A DNA stretch of 63,549 nucleotides, filler included, from Reclinomonas americana ATCC 50394 (lineage: Eukaryota), in assembly GCA_048213135.1 (NCBI GenBank). It is 21 parts of 21 records of this genome, joined end to end, with 100 filler letters (N's around TTAATTAATTAA, not from the genome) between each part and the next. Parts side by side here need not be neighbours in the genome. Positions count along the whole stretch, not along the records: positions 49,618 to 53,316 come from AFZH01022749.1; positions 53,417 to 55,491 come from AFZH01022750.1; positions 55,592 to 57,228 come from AFZH01022751.1; positions 57,329 to 62,388 come from AFZH01022753.1; 17 more parts are not named here. One strand, 5' to 3'. Below the pieces are notes generated by a model. The model was given only the letters and a program-made list of their open reading frames with translations, ran no database searches and was not told the DNA's origin. Numbering within the stretch: the first letter of the stretch is position 1; each line of letters starts with the position of its first letter. Positions 50,718-61,215 of this stretch are shown here, piece by piece. The translations under genes were made by a program, and so were the position numbers.

Positions 50718-51896
50718 TCAGACCTTCACGTTGCCGGAGCGGAAGCCGGGCACGATCAGCCGCGCGACGATGACGAGCAGCGCGGTCATCGCCATCAGCA
50801 GGGTCGCCAGCGCGGCGGCCATGCCCCAGTTCACCGAGGTGTTGGTGAAGAAGGCGATGAAGTAGCTGACCATCTGGTCGCCGGAGCCGCCGACGAGGGC
50901 GGGCGTGATGTAGAAGCCGACCGAGAGCATGAACACCATCAGCGATCCCGCGGCGACGCCTGGCATGGTCAGCGGCAGGTAGATGCGCAGGAAGCGGCGC
51001 CAGCCCGGCGCGCCGAGCGAGGCGGCGGCACGCATATAGTCCGGCTTGATCCCCTTCATCACGCCATAGAGCGGCAGGATGGCGAAGGGCAGTAGCACGT
51101 GGACCATGGCGAGATAGACGGCAAAGCGGGTGAAGATCATCGTCAGCGGCTGGTTGACGATGTCGAAGGCGAGCAGTAGCGCGTTGATCGGCCCCTCGCG
51201 CTGCAGGATGATGAACCAGGCGGTCGTCCGCACCAGGATCGAGGTCCAGAACGGGATCAGCACCAGCATCATCCCGGCATTGGCCCAGCCCTGCGGCAGG
51301 ATCGAGAGCGTGTAGGCGACGGGATAGGCCAGCAGCGCGCAGATTACCGTGACGATCAGGCTGATCTCGAAGGTGCGCCAGAACAGCGGCAGGAAGACCG
51401 CATCCTCGGCGCCGGCATGGACGATGCCCTTGTCGGTCGGGCGCATATCGAGCGAGCGCAGAAGGTAGAGCGAGGTCCAGGGACCGGTCGCGCGCTTGAA
51501 CATGCGCCAGAGCTCAGGCTCGCCCCAGCGCGGATTGAGCGCGATCAGGCCATCTTTCACTGGCGGAGCCAGCCGAGCAGAAGCCCGGGCGGCCTGCAGC
51601 AACAGGCTGCGCAGGCCGGTCTCCTCGAAGTTGAGGCGGCTGAGGACAGCCCCGGCCTCCTGGTTCTGCTGCGCGTTGCGCAATTCCTCGACGATGGCGG
51701 CAAAGGCCTCGTCGGGCGGCAGGTCCTTGCCGTCCCAGGCGCGCAGCAAGGCAGTGGTGCGGGGCAGGGTGGTCGAGAACTCGGAATCGTCGACCGCCCG
51801 ATAGAGCGTCGCCCCGAGCGGGACGAGGAAGCTCAGCGTGACCAGGAGCAGGAGGGGCGCGATCAGCGCCGCCGCCAGCAGGTTCCGTCGTGACAT
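50718..51896 (-). CDS. ABC permease (PotB-like)
   Basis: LIPFWTSILVRT, RAAASLGA, FYITPALVGG. Confidence 0.93.
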   Translation of the reverse strand: MSRRNLLAAALIAPLLLLVTLSFLVPLGATLYRAVDDSEFSTTLPRTTALLRAWDGKDLPPDEAFAAIVEELRNAQQNQEAGAVLSRLNFEETGLRSLLLQAARASARLAPPVKDGLIALNPRWGEPELWRMFKRATGPWTSLYLLRSLDMRPTDKGIVHAGAEDAVFLPLFWRTFEISLIVTVICALLAYPVAYTLSILPQGWANAGMMLVLIPFWTSILVRTTAWFIILQREGPINALLLAFDIVNQPLTMIFTRFAVYLAMVHVLLPFAILPLYGVMKGIKPDYMRAAASLGAPGWRRFLRIYLPLTMPGVAAGSLMVFMLSVGFYITPALVGGSGDQMVSYFIAFFTNTSVNWGMAAALATLLMAMTALLVIVARLIVPGFRSGNVKV

Positions 51897-51923
51897 GCCG
51901 AGCCCTCGTGCCGGATCGAGGTT

Positions 51924-52961
51924 TTACTTTGCCAGCCAGGCGTTGAAGCGGGCCTCGAGATCCTCACCGTGCTCGACCCAGAACTCGGTGTTGATGAAGA
52001 GCCCTTCCTTGGCGTGGTTGGCGACCATGCCCGGGTTCTTCTTGATGATCTCGGGATTGTTGGCGACGGCGGCGTTGGCCGGCGACACCGCCCAGTCCTG
52101 CGCGAGATTGGTCAGCGGCTTCTCGTCGGTCATGTAGCTGATCAGCTTCATGCCCTCGGCCTTGTTCGGCGCGTTGCGCACCACCGTCCAGTAATCGAAC
52201 GAGAACAGCAGCGTGTTCCACTGCACCGGGTACTTGGCGCCGCCTTCATTGGCGCGGATCGTGCGTCCGACATAGCCGACCGCATAGGCGGCCTCGCCCG
52301 AGCCGACGAGCTGCAGCGGCTGCGTTCCCGACTTCCACCAGACGACATGCGGCTTGATCTGGTCGAGCTTGGCGAAGGCGCGCTTCTGCCCGTCCGGTGT
52401 CGCCAGCACCTTGTAGACCTCGGCGGCCGGCACGCCGTCGGCGAGCAGGGCGATCTCGAGCGTCATCTTGGCGCCGGACCGCAGCGAGCGCTTCCCGGGG
52501 AACTTCTGGAAGTCCCAGAGTTCGGCATAGTTCGCCGGGCCGGTTGCGGTGCGGGCCTGGTCGTAGAACAGGCTGACGCCCCAGCCGACGGCGCCGGCGC
52601 CGCAGGCGGTGGTGCCGCCCGGAATGAACTTCTTCTGGTCGATGACGCTCCAGTCGAGCTTCTCGAAGACGCCGTCCTCGCAGCCGCGGGCGAGCTCGGG
52701 CGCCTCGACCATGATCACGTCGTAGGTGACGTCGTTCGACTTCACCATCGAATAGATCTTGGCCATCTCGCCATTGTAGACGTCGTCGGCGACCTTCACG
52801 CCCTTTTCGGTGGCATAGCCCTGGAACAGGTGCTTGCGGGCATTGTCCTGGAAGCCGCCGCCGAAGCCGACGACCATCAGGTCGCGCGCCGAAGCGGGAG
52901 CCGCGGCCGCGGCCAGTCCAAGCGCGAACAGCCCCGCGCAGGCAAGTCTCGTCGTCTTCAT
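51924..52961 (-). CDS. ABC substrate-binding protein (polyamine/PotD-like)
   Basis: Signal peptide MKTTRLACAGLFALGLAAAAAPASA; WDFQKFPGKRSLR, LEIALLADGV; GAGGGG ribosome-binding site 6 nt upstream of the ATG at 52961. Confidence 0.9.
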   Translation of the reverse strand: MKTTRLACAGLFALGLAAAAAPASARDLMVVGFGGGFQDNARKHLFQGYATEKGVKVADDVYNGEMAKIYSMVKSNDVTYDVIMVEAPELARGCEDGVFEKLDWSVIDQKKFIPGGTTACGAGAVGWGVSLFYDQARTATGPANYAELWDFQKFPGKRSLRSGAKMTLEIALLADGVPAAEVYKVLATPDGQKRAFAKLDQIKPHVVWWKSGTQPLQLVGSGEAAYAVGYVGRTIRANEGGAKYPVQWNTLLFSFDYWTVVRNAPNKAEGMKLISYMTDEKPLTNLAQDWAVSPANAAVANNPEIIKKNPGMVANHAKEGLFINTEFWVEHGEDLEARFNAWLAK

Positions 52962-53137
52962 GCTCATCCCCTCGTTCTTATGGATATCAAGCCCGGGTTT
53001 CGACGGCCATCGACGGCAGCCCGGCTGCCACGTCAAGCCGCCTGCCACCCGCGTGACAAGCGTATTGGTATTTTTGATATGATGATGATACATATCTGTC
53101 AACGGCTACCCGACGCCGTGCTCTCCAGGGACCTCCG

Positions 53138-53316
53138 ATGACCGCAGCCACGCTTTCGCTCGATCCGATCTCGCCCGCGATCCGCCCGACCCAGCAGGAT
53201 CCGGACCAGCGCTATCGCTATCAGCACTATATCGACGGCGCCTTCGTCGATCCGGCGAGCAATGCCTGGCTGGAGACGTCCGGATCCGGTGACGGGCGAG
53301 GGACTGGGGCCTGGGT
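53138..53316 (+). CDS. Aldehyde dehydrogenase N-terminus, truncated, with indels near the contig end
   Basis: YQHYIDGAFVDPASNAWLET followed, in a shifted frame, by DPVTGE; typical ALDH start. Confidence 0.65.
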
Positions 53317-53416
53317 NNNNNNNNNNNNNNNNNNNNNNNNNNNNNNNNNNNNNNNNNNNNTTAATTAATTAANNNNNNNNNNNNNNNNNNNNNNNNNNNN
53401 NNNNNNNNNNNNNNNN

Positions 53417-54061
53417 CTCGATCGAGCGCAAGATCTCGACCAGCTCGGTATCCTCGCTGCGCGCCTCGATACCCAGCGCGCCCTGCCCGACGGCATAGGG
53501 GAACGCGACGGGGTCGAGGAATTCGGACGACTTGCGCCCGAGGCCGAGCCGCTCCAGCCCGGCATGGGCGAGGATGACGGCGTCGAGCGCATCGTCACCT
53601 TCGATCTTGGCGAGCCGCGGGCCGATATTGCCGCGGATGGGAACAACGGTGACGTCGGGGCGCAGGCTCAGGATCTGTGCGCGCCGGCGCAGCGAGCCGG
53701 TTCCCACCCTCGCGCCTTCCGGCAAATCTTCGAGCGCCGAGCCGCACAGCACATCGCGTGGATCCTCGCGCTTGGGCACGGAGGCCAGGACGAGGCCGTC
53801 GCGAAGAATGGTCGGCAGGTCCTTGAGCGAATGGACGACGAAATCGACGTCCTTGCGGAGCAGCTGCTCCTCATGCTCGGTCGTGAAGACGCCGATCATG
53901 CCGAACTGATGGAACTCGGAGACCCTGTCGCGATCGGCGACGGTCGAAATCGGGCAAATCTCGAATTCGATATGCGGATGCAATGCCTGAATTGAACCAA
54001 TTACAAAGTTGGTTTGCGTCATGGCAAGGGGGCTGCGGCGGGTGCCAACGCGAAGAAGCAT
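53417..54061 (-). CDS. hemC: Hydroxymethylbilane synthase (porphobilinogen deaminase), divergent; 3' truncated
   Basis: RVGTRRSPLAMTQ, VHSLKDLP, REDPRD, VGTGSLRR, IRGNI, AVGQGALGIE. Confidence 0.9.
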
Positions 54062-54314
54062 AATTCGTGAACCTGTTTGCGCCGTGCACGCGCGATCGCG
54101 CACCGTCTAGCAGTTGCGATCCCGGAGTGAAAGTGCGGCAGATTCGCCGGCTCGGCAGTGCCCGCGCGCGGCTTTTGCGCTGCCAGACGTGGCCAAATGC
54201 GGCGAGGACGCGTCCCGCCCATCGTGACGGCCATCGCCTCTCGACGCGAACGGGCGGAGCGTGCAAATTGACCGCCAGGAGCGGCTGGGCTCCTTCCTTC
54301 GTCTGGTTCGCCGC

Positions 54315-55310
54315 ATGCATCGCCGCTCCCTTCTGGTTGCCCTGGCAGTGTGCGGCCTCGCGATGTCGGGCCGGGCGGCGCGCTCGGCGGAACCGGCCAA
54401 GCGGATTTCGATGCTGATCGGGTTGCCGCTCGACCATCCCATCGTGAGCGCGCGCGTGGCCGAACTCTATCGGCTGCTAGCCGAGCGGGGCTGGGTCGAG
54501 GGCAAGAATTTGCGGGTCAGCTGGAGAGTCTGGGGAGCGAGCGAGGTGGACCTTGCCCGCGGCGCCGCCGAGGTCGTCGCCGAGAACCCGGACATCATCG
54601 TCGTCGGTTCCAGTGCCGAGACTGCGGCCGTGCTGGCGAAGACCCGGCGGATACCGGTGCTGTTCGGGACGGCCTCGGATCCGGTCGGGAGCGGCTTCGT
54701 GCGCTCGCTCGAACGTCCGGATGGAAACGCCACGGGCTTCAGCAACAACGACCCCGCAATGTCGGAGAAATGGGTCGAGCTGCTGGCCGAGATCGCGCCG
54801 GCGACGCGGCGCATCGGGGTGGTCTTCAATCCCCATACGACGCCTGCGGCCGGAGCGACCTATCTTGCGCGCCTGCGGGCGGCGGCGACTGGCGACGAGC
54901 CGGCCTTCGAGACGATCCAGGTGACCGAACCTGCCGCGATCGACCGGGAGATCGCCGGATTCGCCGGCAAGGGAGCGGGCGGCGGCCTGGTCTTCCTGCC
55001 GGACAGCTTCACCTACCGCAATGCCGCGCTCTGCACCGCCGCTGCCGCGCGTCTGGCCTTGCCCGCTGTCTACCCGTTCGACACCTTCACCTTGCAGGGC
55101 GGCTTGATGTCCTATGCCGGGGCGCGCGAGGAGACGGCCGAGATGCTCGCCTCCTATATCGACCTCATCCTGCGCGGGGCCGATGTCGCCGAATTGCCGG
55201 TGCAGTTCTCGCGCAGCTTCGAGCTGGTCATCAACGAAAAGGCCGCCGCGGCCCTGGGGCTGAGCCTGCCGGCCTCGCTGCGGATCCGTGCGCAACGGAT
55301 CCTGTCGTGA
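54315..55310 (+). CDS. Stand-alone ABC-type substrate-binding protein (ABC_sub_bind family) with twin-Arg-like signal
   Basis: MHRRSLL..., GWVEGKNL, DPVGSGFVRSLERPDGNATG, GGLMSY, LPVQFSRSFELVINEKAA. Confidence 0.9.
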   Translation: MHRRSLLVALAVCGLAMSGRAARSAEPAKRISMLIGLPLDHPIVSARVAELYRLLAERGWVEGKNLRVSWRVWGASEVDLARGAAEVVAENPDIIVVGSSAETAAVLAKTRRIPVLFGTASDPVGSGFVRSLERPDGNATGFSNNDPAMSEKWVELLAEIAPATRRIGVVFNPHTTPAAGATYLARLRAAATGDEPAFETIQVTEPAAIDREIAGFAGKGAGGGLVFLPDSFTYRNAALCTAAAARLALPAVYPFDTFTLQGGLMSYAGAREETAEMLASYIDLILRGADVAELPVQFSRSFELVINEKAAAALGLSLPASLRIRAQRILS

Positions 55311-57228
55311 CGCAAGACGCCCTGGCGGGACAAGACGGCTCCCGGCGCCGGCGCGGCGAGCTCACCCGCAAATATGCGCTCTTCGTCGGCCTTGCAATCT
55401 GCCTCGCGCTCGGGCTCAACGCGGCGATCGCGACCTTCTTCGCCTTCTCGGACCAGAGGGCGCTCCTGGTTCGGGTCCAGCAGGAACAGGCNNNNNNNNN
55501 NNNNNNNNNNNNNNNNNNNNNNNNNNNNNNNNNNNTTAATTAATTAANNNNNNNNNNNNNNNNNNNNNNNNNNNNNNNNNNNNNNNNNNNNGGCCTCGCA
55601 AAGCGGCGCCAGCAGCAGTTCGCCGGAGGAGCGCCGGCTCGACGGTCTGCGGCTGATGCGGCAGGTCCCCGCCGTGCTCGAATTGCGCCAGATCGATCCC
55701 GGCGGGCGCGAGCAGCTCCTGTTGTCGCGCTATGCGCGGGACCGGGCGGATGGCGGCACCGACTGGTCGACCGATCCCGGCTTCCAGGCCGCCCTGGCGC
55801 AGGGCAGCTTCCACAGCGAGGTCGAGTTCCGGCGCGGATCGGAGCCGCATATGGTGCTGCTTCGGCGGGCGGCGTCGCCTCCTCACTGGGTCGCGCGAGC
55901 CACCGTCAATCTCGTCTTCATCCGCGAGCTGGTCTCGCGCCTCAAGGTTGGCGAGGCCGGCCGCGCCTATATCGTCACGCGCTCCGGGCGCCTGATCGCC
56001 CATCCAGACCTGCGCTTCGTGCTGCGCAACACCAACCTCGCCGCGCTCGTGAACGCGCATGAGGCTGCAGGAGCGGCCAAGGCCGGGCTTTCGATGACCG
56101 ATATCGAGGGCCGGCGCGTCCTTTCGGTGATGACTGCGGTCCCGGATCTCGACTGGAACGTGGTGATCGACCTGCCCGAGAGCGAGGCCTTCGCGCCGAT
56201 CCATGCCTCGATTCTGCGTTCGCTGACGGTGCTGCTCCTGGCCCTGCTGGTGGCTGTGCTGGCCGGCATCATGCTGAGCCGCAAGCTGGTCGCGCCGATC
56301 AAGGCTCTCGGCGAGGGGGCGGCGCGGATCGGCCGCGGCGAGCTCGACGCGCGGATCGCGATCCACACCGGCGACGAGCTCCAGGAACTGGGCGAGCAGT
56401 TCAATGTGATGGCCGAACGCCTGGCGGAAGGCCGGGCGGTCCTGGAGGACAAGGTCGCCGAGCGCACCGCGGCGCTGGAGCAGGCGCTGACGCTCGCCTC
56501 TGCTGGGCAGAAGGCGGCGGAGGAGGCGACGCGGGCCAAGTCCCGGTTCCTGGCGGTGGTGGGGCACGATATCCGCACACCGCTCGCCGGCGTGCTCGGC
56601 GTGCTCGAACTGATCGATCGCCGCCGCATGAGCCAGCGCGACCGTCGCCTCGTTGCCATGGCCGTGACCTCGGGCGAAGCGCTGGTCGACCTCGCCAATG
56701 CGACGCTCGACCTGTCGCGGCTGGAGGCCGGGACCGAAAGCCTCGACCGGCGCGATTTCGACCTCTGTGCCCTCCTCGGTGCGGCGGTGGCGCTGATGCG
56801 GCCGCTGGCGGAACAGAAGGGGCTTGCCCTGACGCTGCGCCCTCCGCCAGAGGAGCTGCGCCTGCACGGCGATGCCGGCAAGATCCACCGCATCCTGGTC
56901 AACCTGCTGCGCAATGCGATCAGCTTCACTGAGGCGGGTGAGGTGGTGCTGGCGGCAGAGCTGCAGCGCGCCTCGGCGGGGAAGGGCCTGGATCTGACAT
57001 TGACCGTTAGCGACACCGGCATCGGCATCGATCCGGCCATGCAACGGCAGATCTTCCGGGATTTCGTGCAGGTCGATCCTGAAACGGGGCGGCGCAATGG
57101 CGGCGTCGGGCTTGGCCTTGCGATCTGCACCAAGCTGGCGGAGCTGATGGGCGGTTCGATCTCCGTCGCCAGCGCCAAGGGGCAGGGCAGCACCTTCTCG
57201 GTCAGGCTGCCGGTGACGGCGGCCAGGG
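55307..57228 (+). CDS. Membrane sensor histidine kinase (TM-Cache-TM-HAMP-HisKA-HATPase), interrupted by the gap at 55492-55591; 3' truncated
   Basis: GTG start overlaps the SBP stop; AYIVTRSGRLIAHPD (Cache), TGDELQELGEQFNVMA (HAMP), GHDIRTPL (H-box), NLLRNAISF, DTGIG, GVGLGL. Confidence 0.9.
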
Positions 57229-57328
57229 NNNNNNNNNNNNNNNNNNNNNNNNNNNNNNNNNNNNNNNNNNNNTTAATTAATTAANNNNNNNNNNNNNNNN
57301 NNNNNNNNNNNNNNNNNNNNNNNNNNNN

Positions 57329-57542
57329 AGAGCAGGATCTTGAGCGGCCCGCCGCCGCCGGCCTTGGTCGGCTTGTACTGCAGCGAGGCCTGCGCCATCG
57401 CGACGTCGTTCCAGGCCAGGATCTGCGAGGCGATCGGCGCCGTGATGCCGACGGCAGCCAGTCTACGAATGAAGGAGCGGCGGGAGATCGCGCCATCCTT
57501 CACGTTCTCGATCAAGCCGCTCAGCGTACGCTCGTCCATCAT
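57329..57542 (-). CDS. Peptide ABC transporter substrate-binding protein, N-terminal fragment
   Basis: Tat-like ISRRSFI signal followed by YKPTKAGGGGPLKILL. Confidence 0.7.
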
Positions 57543-57670
57543 ATTCCCCTGTTTTAGCTGGCCTATTATGAGGTGGCCCGGGGGGAGCCTAATGCATGCT
57601 CGGCCCGGCGGCTATGCCCTGTTTCGGCCGTAATTCCGGCATTTCGCTCGATAAGGGGCATGGCCTTGCG

Positions 57671-58555
57671 TCAACCCGTTGCGATTTCGCGTGCCAGATT
57701 GGCGAGATAGCCGCACTCGTCGGCAGATTCGTTGTTCCACCACATTGCGCACAGATTGTGCGAGGGGATCGGCGGCTCGGCTTCGAGCACGCGCAGCGCC
57801 AGCTTCTCGCCGGAGAGATGGATCATCTCGCGCGGGATCATCGCAGCACCGGTGCCGGCGCTCGCGAGCCGAGCGATCACGGTCAGCGGGTTGCAGGTGT
57901 TGAGGCGGCGCGGTTTCAGCCCGTGCGCGCCGAACCACATCTGGATGGTGGTGAACAGGCCGGACGGCGAGCCGTTGGTGAAGATCGGCAGGTCGACCAG
58001 GTTCTCCGGCGTCGCGACGTTGCCGACGAAGGACAGGCCCTCCCCGATCACCCAGACGAGATCGATCAGCCAGAGCGGGACGATGGTGATCCCGTCATGG
58101 GCGCGCGGCTGCGAAAGGAAGGCGATGTCGATCGAGCGGTCGAGCAGCAACTGCTCCAGCTTCGTGCTGAAATCGACGGTGACGTCGACCTGCAATTCGG
58201 CATGGCGGCGCGCCAGCTGGGCAAGCAGGGCGGGCAGGATGGCGGCGGCGAAGGAATCGGCGGCGCCGATGCGCAGCAGGCTCCTGCCGCGCAGGCCGTC
58301 CTTGCTGTGGCGCTGCACCTGCTCGGCATGGGCCAGCATGCGCTCGACATCGGCATAGATCGCATTGCCGAGCGTCGTCGGCACCGGGCGGTAGAGCGAG
58401 CGGTCGAAGAGCTCGCCGCCGAGGATGCGCTCAAGCTCCTTGATGCGCAGGCTGACGGTCGGCTGTGAGAGATTGAGATGCTGGGCAGCGGCGCGGAACC
58501 CGCCGAGCCGGGCGACCCAGTAGAACGCTTCCGCCTGACCGAAGGTATACCGCAT
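57671..58555 (-). CDS. LysR-family transcriptional regulator
   Basis: HTH GGFRAAAQHLNLSQPTVSLRIKELE...LFDRS; divergent from the ABC operon. Confidence 0.95.
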   Translation of the reverse strand: MRYTFGQAEAFYWVARLGGFRAAAQHLNLSQPTVSLRIKELERILGGELFDRSLYRPVPTTLGNAIYADVERMLAHAEQVQRHSKDGLRGRSLLRIGAADSFAAAILPALLAQLARRHAELQVDVTVDFSTKLEQLLLDRSIDIAFLSQPRAHDGITIVPLWLIDLVWVIGEGLSFVGNVATPENLVDLPIFTNGSPSGLFTTIQMWFGAHGLKPRRLNTCNPLTVIARLASAGTGAAMIPREMIHLSGEKLALRVLEAEPPIPSHNLCAMWWNNESADECGYLANLAREIATG

Positions 58556-58699
58556 CGCCAAGATGATAGCCGCAGACAATCGAGCGGCAAGCACTTCTTA
58601 TTTTTATTCGTCGTCTCGGCGCTCTAGCTTTCCCCCCGTTCGGCGCGGCGCCGGTCTCCGGCGCCGCCAAGGCATTGCCAATAAAACAGGGGGACTCCG

Positions 58700-60259
58700 A
58701 TGCTGACCGTGCCGACAAATCGCCGTGCGTTTCTCGCAGCCGCAGCAGGCGGCGCCCTGGGCGGCCTCTTGCCCGCGAGCCTGCTTCATGCCCAACCGAA
58801 CAATGGCAAGACGCTGACCATCGTCCTGCCGAGCAATCCGATCACGATCGATCCGATAAACCAGCTCAATCACGACGCCATGGTGCTCGGCCAGACCGTG
58901 TTCGAGAACCTGGTCGAATACGATGTCGACGGCGTGCTGAAGCCGCAGCTGGCCAAGGCCCTGCCGGTAATCTCGGCCGACAAGAAGACCTACACCTTCG
59001 AATTGCGCGACGACGTCACCTTCCACAACGGCAAGAAGATGACCGCGGAGGACGTGAAATACTCCTTCGACTATCTGCTCGACCCCGCCAACAAGGCGGC
59101 GCGCCGCTCGCTCTTCACCCGCATCACCAAGGTCACGGTTCTCGACCCGCTGAAGGTGCAGTTCGAGCTGTCGGAGCCCTACGGCCCCTGGCTGTATTTC
59201 TTGACCAAGTACATGGGCATCTACCCTGCGGGCTCGCGCAAGGAGCATGGCGACGACTATTTCAAGTCGAAGCCCGCCGGTGTCGGCACCGGCTTCGGCG
59301 TCTTCGAGGAGTGGAAGCCGAACGACTATATCAGCTTCAAGAAGAACCCGACCTACTGGCGCAAGGGTCTGCCGCATTGGGACCGGCTCGTCGTCAAGAT
59401 GATCCCGGAGGATGCGACCCGCGTCGCCTATCTGCTCACCGGCCAGGTCGACCTGATCAGCGCCCCGCCGCCGCGGGAGTTCAGCCGGCTGAAGACGATG
59501 CCGGGCATCGCCGGCGCCTCGCGTCCGACCCTGGGCGGCGCGCTGCTGATGTACACCAACAACCTGAAAGCCCCGTTCGACGACGTGAACTTCCGCAAGG
59601 CCGTCTCCGCAGCGATCGACCGCAAGACGATCGGCGAGAAGGTCTATTACGGGCTGCTCGACCCCTCGTCCGTGCCGGCGCCGGCGCGCGGCTGGTGGTT
59701 CAATGCCGAGGCCGACAAGGAGCTCGGCTTTGACCTCGACAAGGCGAAAGCCCTGCTCGCCAAGTCGAAATATGCCACGGGAGCCGAATTCGACCTCAGC
59801 ATCCAGGCGGAGCCCTATCTGCTCGACACCAAGGATGCGGCGATCTTCGTGCAGGCGCAGCTCGCCAAGATCGGCATCAAGGTCAATCTCAAGGTCTACG
59901 AGTTCTCGGTGCTGATCCAGCAGGCGATCCGCGGCGAACACCAGGCGGCGCTGCAGGTCTTCATGTCGCCGGGGGAGCCGAGCTATATCATGCAGGTCTG
60001 CCTGACGCCGGAGCAGGTGCTGTCGAAGAGCACGGGCTACAACAATCCCGAGTTCAACCAGACGCTGGCAGCAGCTTTCGCCGAGACGGAGGAAGCCAAG
60101 CTCAAGGAGCTCTATGGCAAGCTGCAGATGCTCGCTGCCCGCGATGCGCCGATCGGCGTGCTCGGCTATGTCCACGCCTCCAATCTCTGGCGGCAAGCGC
60201 TGCAGGATGTGAAGGTCAACCAGGGCCTGACCATCGCCCCCGGCGAAATCAAGGTCTGA
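58700..60259 (+). CDS. ABC substrate-binding protein, family 5 (Dpp/Opp-like)
   Basis: Twin-Arg signal NRRAFL; YTFELRDDVTFHNGKKMTAEDVKYSF; PFDDVNFRKAVSAAIDR. Confidence 0.95.
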   Translation: MLTVPTNRRAFLAAAAGGALGGLLPASLLHAQPNNGKTLTIVLPSNPITIDPINQLNHDAMVLGQTVFENLVEYDVDGVLKPQLAKALPVISADKKTYTFELRDDVTFHNGKKMTAEDVKYSFDYLLDPANKAARRSLFTRITKVTVLDPLKVQFELSEPYGPWLYFLTKYMGIYPAGSRKEHGDDYFKSKPAGVGTGFGVFEEWKPNDYISFKKNPTYWRKGLPHWDRLVVKMIPEDATRVAYLLTGQVDLISAPPPREFSRLKTMPGIAGASRPTLGGALLMYTNNLKAPFDDVNFRKAVSAAIDRKTIGEKVYYGLLDPSSVPAPARGWWFNAEADKELGFDLDKAKALLAKSKYATGAEFDLSIQAEPYLLDTKDAAIFVQAQLAKIGIKVNLKVYEFSVLIQQAIRGEHQAALQVFMSPGEPSYIMQVCLTPEQVLSKSTGYNNPEFNQTLAAAFAETEEAKLKELYGKLQMLAARDAPIGVLGYVHASNLWRQALQDVKVNQGLTIAPGEIKV

Positions 60260-60270
60260 GCGAGCCCGCC

Positions 60271-61215
60271 ATGCTCCGCCTCGTCGCAGGCCGCATCGTC
60301 TCCTCGATCGGCACGCTGCTCTTCGTCGGCCTCGCGCTGTTCGCGCTGACGCGGTCCGGTCCGGGCTCCCCGGCCCGGATCGTGCTCGGGGCCGATGCGA
60401 CGGTCGAACAGATCGCGCAGTTCGAGCAGGCGCATGGCCTCGACCGGCCCTTTCTCTCGCAATACGTCGCCTGGCTTGGCGACATCTTGCGCGGGGATTT
60501 CGGCAAGTCCTTCGTCACCGGCCGCGACGTCGCGGCCGAGATCGTCAATGCGCTGCCGGTGACGCTGGCGATCGTGCTTTTCGCCTTTCTGATCGCGCTG
60601 GTCTTCGGCATCGGCATCGGGGTGCTGGCGGCGCTCAAGCCGGGCGGCGCCTTCGACCGGGTCAGCCGCTTCGCCTCGGTGCTCGGCCTGTCGATCCCGG
60701 CCTTCTGGCTTGGCATCGTGCTGATCCGTTTCCTTGCTGTCGACCTGCGCCTGTTGCCGCCCGGCGGCTATGTCCCGCTCGCGGCCGGCCTTGCGTTGCA
60801 TGTGCAGAGCATCCTGATGCCCTCGCTCTCGCTGGCGGTCTATTACATCGCCGTGCTGGCGCGGATGACGCAGGCGAGCCTGCAGGAGAGCTTGCGCGGC
60901 GATTATGTCCGCACCGCCCGCGCCATGGGCCTCTCCTCCCGCCAGGTCGTGTTCTACGCGCTGGTCAACGCGCTGCCGCCGGTGGTCAACCTCGCCGCGC
61001 TCTCCTTCGGCTACATGTTCGGCTGGGCGCTGATTATCGAGCAGGTCTTCAACATCCCCGGCCTGTCGCGCGCGCTGCTGAACGCGATCTCGCAGCGCGA
61101 CTTCCTGCTGCTGCAGGGGATCGTCTTCCTGTTCACCGCGATCTTCGTTTTCGCCAATCTCGGCGCCGACCTGATCAACCGCGTGCTCGATCCGCGCCAG
61201 AGGGCGGCGGCATGA
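60271..61215 (+). CDS. ABC permease (DppB-like)
   Basis: GLDRPFLSQY, GDFGKS, DYVRTARAMGL, IEQVFNIPGL. Confidence 0.95.
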   Translation: MLRLVAGRIVSSIGTLLFVGLALFALTRSGPGSPARIVLGADATVEQIAQFEQAHGLDRPFLSQYVAWLGDILRGDFGKSFVTGRDVAAEIVNALPVTLAIVLFAFLIALVFGIGIGVLAALKPGGAFDRVSRFASVLGLSIPAFWLGIVLIRFLAVDLRLLPPGGYVPLAAGLALHVQSILMPSLSLAVYYIAVLARMTQASLQESLRGDYVRTARAMGLSSRQVVFYALVNALPPVVNLAALSFGYMFGWALIIEQVFNIPGLSRALLNAISQRDFLLLQGIVFLFTAIFVFANLGADLINRVLDPRQRAAA

